A stretch of 64,000 bases of DNA, taken from NCBI GenBank assembly GCA_039809245.1, contig JBDHUP010000002.1, forward strand, positions 75,188-139,187. The letters are read 5' to 3'. The translations under genes were made by a program, and so were the position numbers. The notes under the pieces are model-generated. The model searched no databases. It saw only the letters and a program-made list of their open reading frames with translations, and was not told the origin of the DNA. Positions 59,294 through 64,000 of this stretch are shown piece after piece. Each line of letters opens with the position of its first letter. Positions within the stretch are counted from its first letter, which is position 1. Source of the stretch: Minisyncoccia bacterium. GTDB taxonomy: Bacteria > Patescibacteriota > Minisyncoccia > Phycocordibacterales > UBA9973.

Positions 59294-59932
59294 TTACTTT
59301 TTTGATTCAGCTTTTGGTTTTGAGACTATACCATCGACGATTCCATACTTCTTGGCTTCATCGCTAGTCATCCAGTAGTCGCGATCGGAATCTTTCTCTA
59401 TTTGGGCGAGTGTCTTACCCGTATTCTTTGCTAAAATTTTATTTAAATTCTCTTTTGTGCGAAGGATGTGTTTGGCGTTGATCTCTATATCTGATGCTTG
59501 CCCTTCAGTGCCACCCATAACTTGATGAATCATAACTTCTGAGTTCGGAAGAGCGAAGCGCTTACCTTTTGTACCTGCAGACAGTAGTGTTGCAGCCATC
59601 GAAGCGGCGATTCCAACACATATAGTAGACACGTCGGCTTTTATGAAGCTCATCGTGTCGAGTATTGCTAGCCCTGCAGTGACTGATCCACCAGGGGAGT
59701 TGATGTATAACTGGATGTCTTTCTTTGAATCACTATGATCAAGGTAAAGAAGCTGGGCAATAATAAGGTTAGCCATATGGTCATCGATAGGGCCACCGAG
59801 GAATATAATGCGATCGTTTAACAAGCGAGAGTATATATCATAAGCCCTCTCACCATTCATTGTTTTTTCTATAACTGTTGGGATTAACATAGGGATAGTA
59901 TAGCAAAATAAGGTTTTTAGTGTACTTGACAA
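59294..59932 (-). CDS. clpP: ATP-dependent Clp protease proteolytic subunit
   Basis: Catalytic Ser in GIAASMAA, His in HQVMGG, conserved ClpP core. Confidence 0.9.
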   Translation of the reverse strand: MSSTLKTLFCYTIPMLIPTVIEKTMNGERAYDIYSRLLNDRIIFLGGPIDDHMANLIIAQLLYLDHSDSKKDIQLYINSPGGSVTAGLAILDTMSFIKADVSTICVGIAASMAATLLSAGTKGKRFALPNSEVMIHQVMGGTEGQASDIEINAKHILRTKENLNKILAKNTGKTLAQIEKDSDRDYWMTSDEAKKYGIVDGIVSKPKAESKK

Positions 59933-60070
59933 ATAGGCGTATTTTGTGCTATAATATGCTCGTAAAAGTTCTTTGAGAATCAGGTTTCATAAAAGTGGTT
60001 TGATTCGTATTAAGCACTAGTTTTAGCTCTCAATACGAATTAAATCACTCACTCTTAAAATAATTTATTT

Positions 60071-60496
60071 ATGAAGCCTATTACTAAATGGATAATTATT
60101 ATCCTAATTATTGTATCAATGTTTTCATTATCTTCTTGTAGTAAAGAAGTAGGAGTTGATGGATCTGTTGGGATTGGAATAGGACCAGTATATGTAGAAC
60201 TGTCATTCGGTAGCGGACAGGGCGCTTACTACGGTTATGGAAATGTTCCACAAAACGTATACACAAGTGTTGTGTATATAGTTTCAAAACCATTAGATCA
60301 GACTGCTATCCCAGTGTTTGATAAAAATGGCCGGCAAATGGGAATTGTTTCCTGTACTGGTGGTAACTGGCAGTATTATAATGATTTCTTTTCCTTTTTA
60401 AGGGATTGGAACTATAACACTAAGCCGTGTGCTGTTCTAGTAGAATGGCAACAAAAAACCATCAATACGACCTGGAGTGGAAAAATCATTGGTTAA
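60071..60496 (+). CDS. Hypothetical lipoprotein
   Basis: Signal peptide + lipobox LSSCS. Confidence 0.45.
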   Translation: MKPITKWIIIILIIVSMFSLSSCSKEVGVDGSVGIGIGPVYVELSFGSGQGAYYGYGNVPQNVYTSVVYIVSKPLDQTAIPVFDKNGRQMGIVSCTGGNWQYYNDFFSFLRDWNYNTKPCAVLVEWQQKTINTTWSGKIIG

Positions 60497-60543
60497 AAAT
60501 ATTGCTAGATTAAATTTATTGGTAGTAAATAATCTCAGCAATC

Positions 60544-60582
60544 AAAAAGAGCTCACGATTTATCGCTGAGCTCTTTCTTTTT
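60544..60582. terminator. Bidirectional terminator (lipoprotein / tig)
   Basis: aaaaagagctcacgatttatcgctgagctctttcttttt. Confidence 0.65.
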
Positions 60583-60590
60583 ATTAAATT

Positions 60591-61655
60591 TTACTGACTC
60601 TCTAAGAATTGGAAGACTTTTTCATTCTCGAGCATATTCTCGACGTAGGCACGAGCGCGGACTGGATCAGCGTCTTTATACATAGTCAGAATTTTTTGAA
60701 CTTCTATTTCTATTTCTTCTTCACTTGGCTTTAGAGACTCTTTCTCTGAAATACTGTGAATGATAACTTGAAGTTTTGCTCTCTTCTCGGCATCGGCTCG
60801 CCACTCTGAACGGAGCTCTTCTTCTTTCTTACCGATCTGAGCTAGATAGTCTTCAAACTTGAAACCCATATTTGTGATATCAGCTTCTAAACGGTAGAGC
60901 ATTTTATCTATTTCACTGTTTATAAGTATTTCTGGAATATCTCCTTTTGATTTACTTACAAGTTCTTCTACGATTGATAGACGAAGCTTATCTTTTTGCT
61001 CAGTTTCTTTCTCTATCTTCATATTGCTACGAATTTTATCTTTGAATGCATCAGCATTTGCAAAGTCACCGAAAGATTTCGCGAATTCATCATTGAACTC
61101 TGGATAGTCACTCTCAGGAATCTCTTCATGAGTGTGGTCGTGAGCATCACCATCTTCGTGCTCGTGCTTTGGAACTGCTTGCTCGGCGCGCATTTTACGA
61201 AGTTGGAGAATAGTTTTCTCTACTTCTTCATCTGACACCACAACTTCTTTTTTGAAATCTTCTTTCTTGTTTTGTTCGTTAGCAAGCTTTTTGTAATCTG
61301 GTAAATCCATTTCTGGAAGGACAGCTGTGACTATCTTAAATTCTAGATCGGAACCTTTGGCGATTTTCGTAATTGCGATTTGTGGTCGGCCTATAGCATC
61401 TATCTTTTCACTCTCGAGTATTTTCGGATATGCATCACTAAGAGCAAGCTCGGCCATCTCTTCTAAGATCATCATATCTGTGACGTGCTCTTTCACGACA
61501 GAAGCTGGAGCTTTGCCTTTACGGAAGCCGGGTAGCTCAAGTCGCTCAGCGATTTTCTCAAGCGCCTTTCCTTCATACTTCTCGAATTCTGTATTCTCTA
61601 GCACGCCCAATATTTCAACCTCACTTTTTTCAAGTTTTTTGACTGTTATTTTCAT
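60591..61655 (-). CDS. tig: Trigger factor (short, 354 aa. The PPIase domain appears reduced or absent)
   Basis: N-terminal ribosome-binding signature GFRKGKAP. Acidic C-terminal arm. Confidence 0.6.
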   Translation of the reverse strand: MKITVKKLEKSEVEILGVLENTEFEKYEGKALEKIAERLELPGFRKGKAPASVVKEHVTDMMILEEMAELALSDAYPKILESEKIDAIGRPQIAITKIAKGSDLEFKIVTAVLPEMDLPDYKKLANEQNKKEDFKKEVVVSDEEVEKTILQLRKMRAEQAVPKHEHEDGDAHDHTHEEIPESDYPEFNDEFAKSFGDFANADAFKDKIRSNMKIEKETEQKDKLRLSIVEELVSKSKGDIPEILINSEIDKMLYRLEADITNMGFKFEDYLAQIGKKEEELRSEWRADAEKRAKLQVIIHSISEKESLKPSEEEIEIEVQKILTMYKDADPVRARAYVENMLENEKVFQFLESQ

Positions 61656-61669
61656 ATTGTTTACTTTTA

Positions 61670-62257
61670 TTATTCTTCAAACTTCGGAGCGTAATCTTTA
61701 TTGTATCGCTCTTTACACTCATTTATTATTTTTACAGCCTCATCAGCGCCAAAAAATTCTTTTACTTCTCCTGTGCCTGGCTTCTTGAGCTCTTTGTATT
61801 TCTCCCAGAAGTATTTAGTCTCAGTTTTAAAGTATTCTCCTAGATCTTCGATTGTATTTACGTGATCATTCTTCTTATCATCGTTAACTACTCCGATTAT
61901 CTTGTCATCTACTTCACCACTATCGATGAACTTCATAACACCGATAACACGTATTTCTACAAGTGAGCCAGGTACGAAGTCTTCAGTGACGTTTACTACT
62001 ACTATATCTAGTGGATCATTGTCTTCATCCCAAGTCATCGGGATTGCGCCGTATGAGAATGGGTAAACAAGAGGTGAGTAGCCTACACGATCAAGCTTGA
62101 GCTGACCACTTTCTGTTATAATCTCATATTTGTTTCTTGAACCTTTATTGTTCTCTATAATAGTGTTTACTATTTTCTTTTCTTCATCCGCAAATGGAGG
62201 AAGGACATGCAATAGATTTAGCATGTATTTAGATGGTTTATGATTTATATTTGCCAT
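61670..62257 (-). CDS. ppa: Inorganic pyrophosphatase (family I)
   Basis: DEDNDPLDIVV and EIRVIGVMKFIDSGEVDDKII active-site segments. Confidence 0.85.
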   Translation of the reverse strand: MANINHKPSKYMLNLLHVLPPFADEEKKIVNTIIENNKGSRNKYEIITESGQLKLDRVGYSPLVYPFSYGAIPMTWDEDNDPLDIVVVNVTEDFVPGSLVEIRVIGVMKFIDSGEVDDKIIGVVNDDKKNDHVNTIEDLGEYFKTETKYFWEKYKELKKPGTGEVKEFFGADEAVKIINECKERYNKDYAPKFEE

Positions 62258-62281
62258 AGATTTAAATTACTTAATTTGTAA

Positions 62282-63454
62282 TTATGCTTCAGTTCCGTCA
62301 TCAACTAGACCTTCGTCTATTATAGCATCTTCACTAGATACTACTTCTTCTGATGCGACACCTTTAATATCAATTCTCCAACCAGTTAGCTTTGCTGCAA
62401 GGCGAACATTCTGGCCACCCTTACCAATCGCAAGCGATAGCTGATCAGCAGCAACTTCAACGACAGCTTTGTGTTCTTCTTCGTCTACTTCTATATCTAG
62501 TACATTTGCAGGAGAGAGTGAGCTTGAGATGTATTGCGCAGGATCAGAAGACCAAGGAATAATATCGATCTTCTCACCGTTTAATTCACTCATAACTGTA
62601 GTAACACGAATTCCTTTCTGACCGACACATGATCCAACTGGGTCAACGTGTTCATCGTTTGAGTAAACAGCAATCTTACTTCGAGAACCAGCTTCGCGAG
62701 CAATAGACTTTATTTCTACTGTACCCGATGCGATTTCTGGAGCTTCCATTGCAAATAGTCCTTCGATAAGCTGAGGATGAGTGCGAGAGAGTTTGAGGTT
62801 TACTCCGCGTGGAGTTTCCTCGACAGAGTATAGATATGCGCGGATTCTTTCACCTCGGCGGTAGAATTCTCCTGGAATTTGTTCTTCTGGAAGTATTATA
62901 CCTGTTGCACGGTTGAAATCTATATATACGATTCCACGTTCAACTTTCTGAACGAAGCCATTTATGATTTCACCTTCTTTACTTCCATACTCGTCGATAA
63001 TAGCGCCACGTTCTGCTTCGCGGATTTTCTGGATGATAACTTGTTTGGCTGTTTGAGCGGCGATACGACCGTAATCTTCTTGAGTTTCAAGAGGGAAGAT
63101 GATCTCTTCTTCAAGTTTCGCATCACTTTTTATTTTCTTGGCATCGGCTAGCAAGATGTGATGCTCTTCATTAAATCGAATACGATCATCATCTTCAGCG
63201 ATTTCTTCTTCGTCTTCATCATCAGTCGTCATTCGGACTAGAGATTCATCGACGACTATTTTAACTTGGTAAAATTCCATCTTACCGTCTTCTATATCAA
63301 TTTTAGCGCGGATTATTTGGCCTTTCTTTCCGTAATCTTTCTTGTAAGCGGCAGCGATGGCCTGTTCGATTGCATCTATAAGTTTCTCTCGAGGGATTTT
63401 TCTTTCTACTTCTAACTGCTCGAGGGCAGATTTCATTGTTTTGAGGTCTAACAT
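62282..63454 (-). CDS. nusA: Transcription termination/antitermination factor NusA
   Basis: N-terminal domain, S1, two KH domains. 390 aa. Confidence 0.85.
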   Translation of the reverse strand: MLDLKTMKSALEQLEVERKIPREKLIDAIEQAIAAAYKKDYGKKGQIIRAKIDIEDGKMEFYQVKIVVDESLVRMTTDDEDEEEIAEDDDRIRFNEEHHILLADAKKIKSDAKLEEEIIFPLETQEDYGRIAAQTAKQVIIQKIREAERGAIIDEYGSKEGEIINGFVQKVERGIVYIDFNRATGIILPEEQIPGEFYRRGERIRAYLYSVEETPRGVNLKLSRTHPQLIEGLFAMEAPEIASGTVEIKSIAREAGSRSKIAVYSNDEHVDPVGSCVGQKGIRVTTVMSELNGEKIDIIPWSSDPAQYISSSLSPANVLDIEVDEEEHKAVVEVAADQLSLAIGKGGQNVRLAAKLTGWRIDIKGVASEEVVSSEDAIIDEGLVDDGTEA

Positions 63455-63616
63455 ATTTAATTGTTCCGCCTGCCAGTGACTGGCACTGTCGGGCAGGTAT
63501 TTAATTTTATAAAAATAAAAGTCCGGTTCGAAAACGGACTACATTTAATACCTTACTATAATAAGGCTATTTCGTCAAATGTGTGGATAATAAGTGGATA
63601 AATAAGCTTTAAAAGC

Positions 63617-63645
63617 TTGACATTTTCTGCTCTATAACCCATACT
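63617..63645 (+). promoter_or_regulatory. Candidate sigma70-type promoter (TTGACA-17-CATACT) for the downstream lipoprotein gene
   Basis: TTGACA at 63617-63622, 17-nt spacer, catact. Confidence 0.3.
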
Positions 63646-63772
63646 TTAGTTAGATGTCAAGGGTTTAAACCTTCGGTTCGTTGAAAAATATAGGTTTTTT
63701 GTTAGAAAAAACAATCTCCATCTCACTTTGAGAGGTGAATATTGTTTTTTCTAACAACTAAAACCTTTCATC

Positions 63773-64000
63773 ATGAAAAAGTTAAACAGCCTAAGCAGGG
63801 CTATAAACTTGCTAATGGTGTTGCCGCTTGTCTTGATGATAGGCTGCAGCAAGGAATCTCCAACCCCACCCCCGAATCCTACACCTGTAGATTTTTGCCC
63901 AAACAAACCTGGAATTCAGACCAGCCTTTCTGAGTGCGAAGATCCTATACCGGCTCCCACAGGTACTGTTCTTACAGTTCCATCAAGCCAGAGTATTGCT
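63773..64000 (+). CDS. Lipoprotein (3' partial. Signal peptide + lipobox LMIGCS, Pro-rich)
   Basis: Manual translation MKKLNSLSRAINLLMVLPLVLMIGCSKESPTPPPNP... is open to the window end. The track ORF 63742-63933 is in another frame. Confidence 0.45.
   Translation, partial: MKKLNSLSRAINLLMVLPLVLMIGCSKESPTPPPNPTPVDFCPNKPGIQTSLSECEDPIPAPTGTVLTVPSSQSIA

Noticed and set aside
63742-63933. 63-aa track ORF near the window end
   Set aside because: The different frame starting at 63773 encodes a typical signal-peptide/lipobox lipoprotein and is open to the window end. The track ORF is the wrong frame.

Overview
Low-GC (~33-36%) chromosomal segment from a small-genome, monoderm-type bacterium (RNase Y, YidC/Jag and a PrgI-like T4SS protein are present; the style is CPR/Patescibacteria- or Firmicutes-like). 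The window spans the replication-origin neighbourhood: dnaN<-dnaA divergent from rpmH-rnpA-yidD-yidC-jag. Housekeeping genes are dense: pilB-like ATPase, ruvB-ruvC, tyrS, PBP1A, ksgA, uvrD, comM/yifB, pnp, glmM, rpsO, xerD, xth, cca, ZIP transporter, hup, rny, clpP, tig, ppa, nusA, plus four tRNAs. Embedded between jag and ksgA is a ~15.5 kb, 12-gene, single-strand cluster (14711-30234, minus strand). It encodes a Gram-positive-type type IV secretion-like apparatus: a VirB4 ATPase apparently split into an N-domain ORF and an ATPase ORF, a PrgI/VirB3-like protein, a giant VirB6-like polytopic protein, and a protein fusing a pilin-like helical hairpin to a VirB1-like lytic transglycosylase domain. 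Several secreted or membrane-anchored proteins accompany them. No relaxase, coupling protein (VirD4), integrase or repeat boundaries were found. This is the most interesting system in the window and may be a domesticated T4SS-derived machine, for example a ComB-like DNA-uptake or cell-contact apparatus. Other notable items: two divergent paralogs of a 565-aa cysteine-rich protein with multiple zinc ribbons, one downstream of a traR/dksA-like gene and comM; a 53-aa hyper-acidic small protein; a secreted protein with tandem Ig-like repeats; a GC-rich patch inside a hypothetical gene; and a candidate structured sRNA. All calls were made by eye from motifs. No database searches were run.
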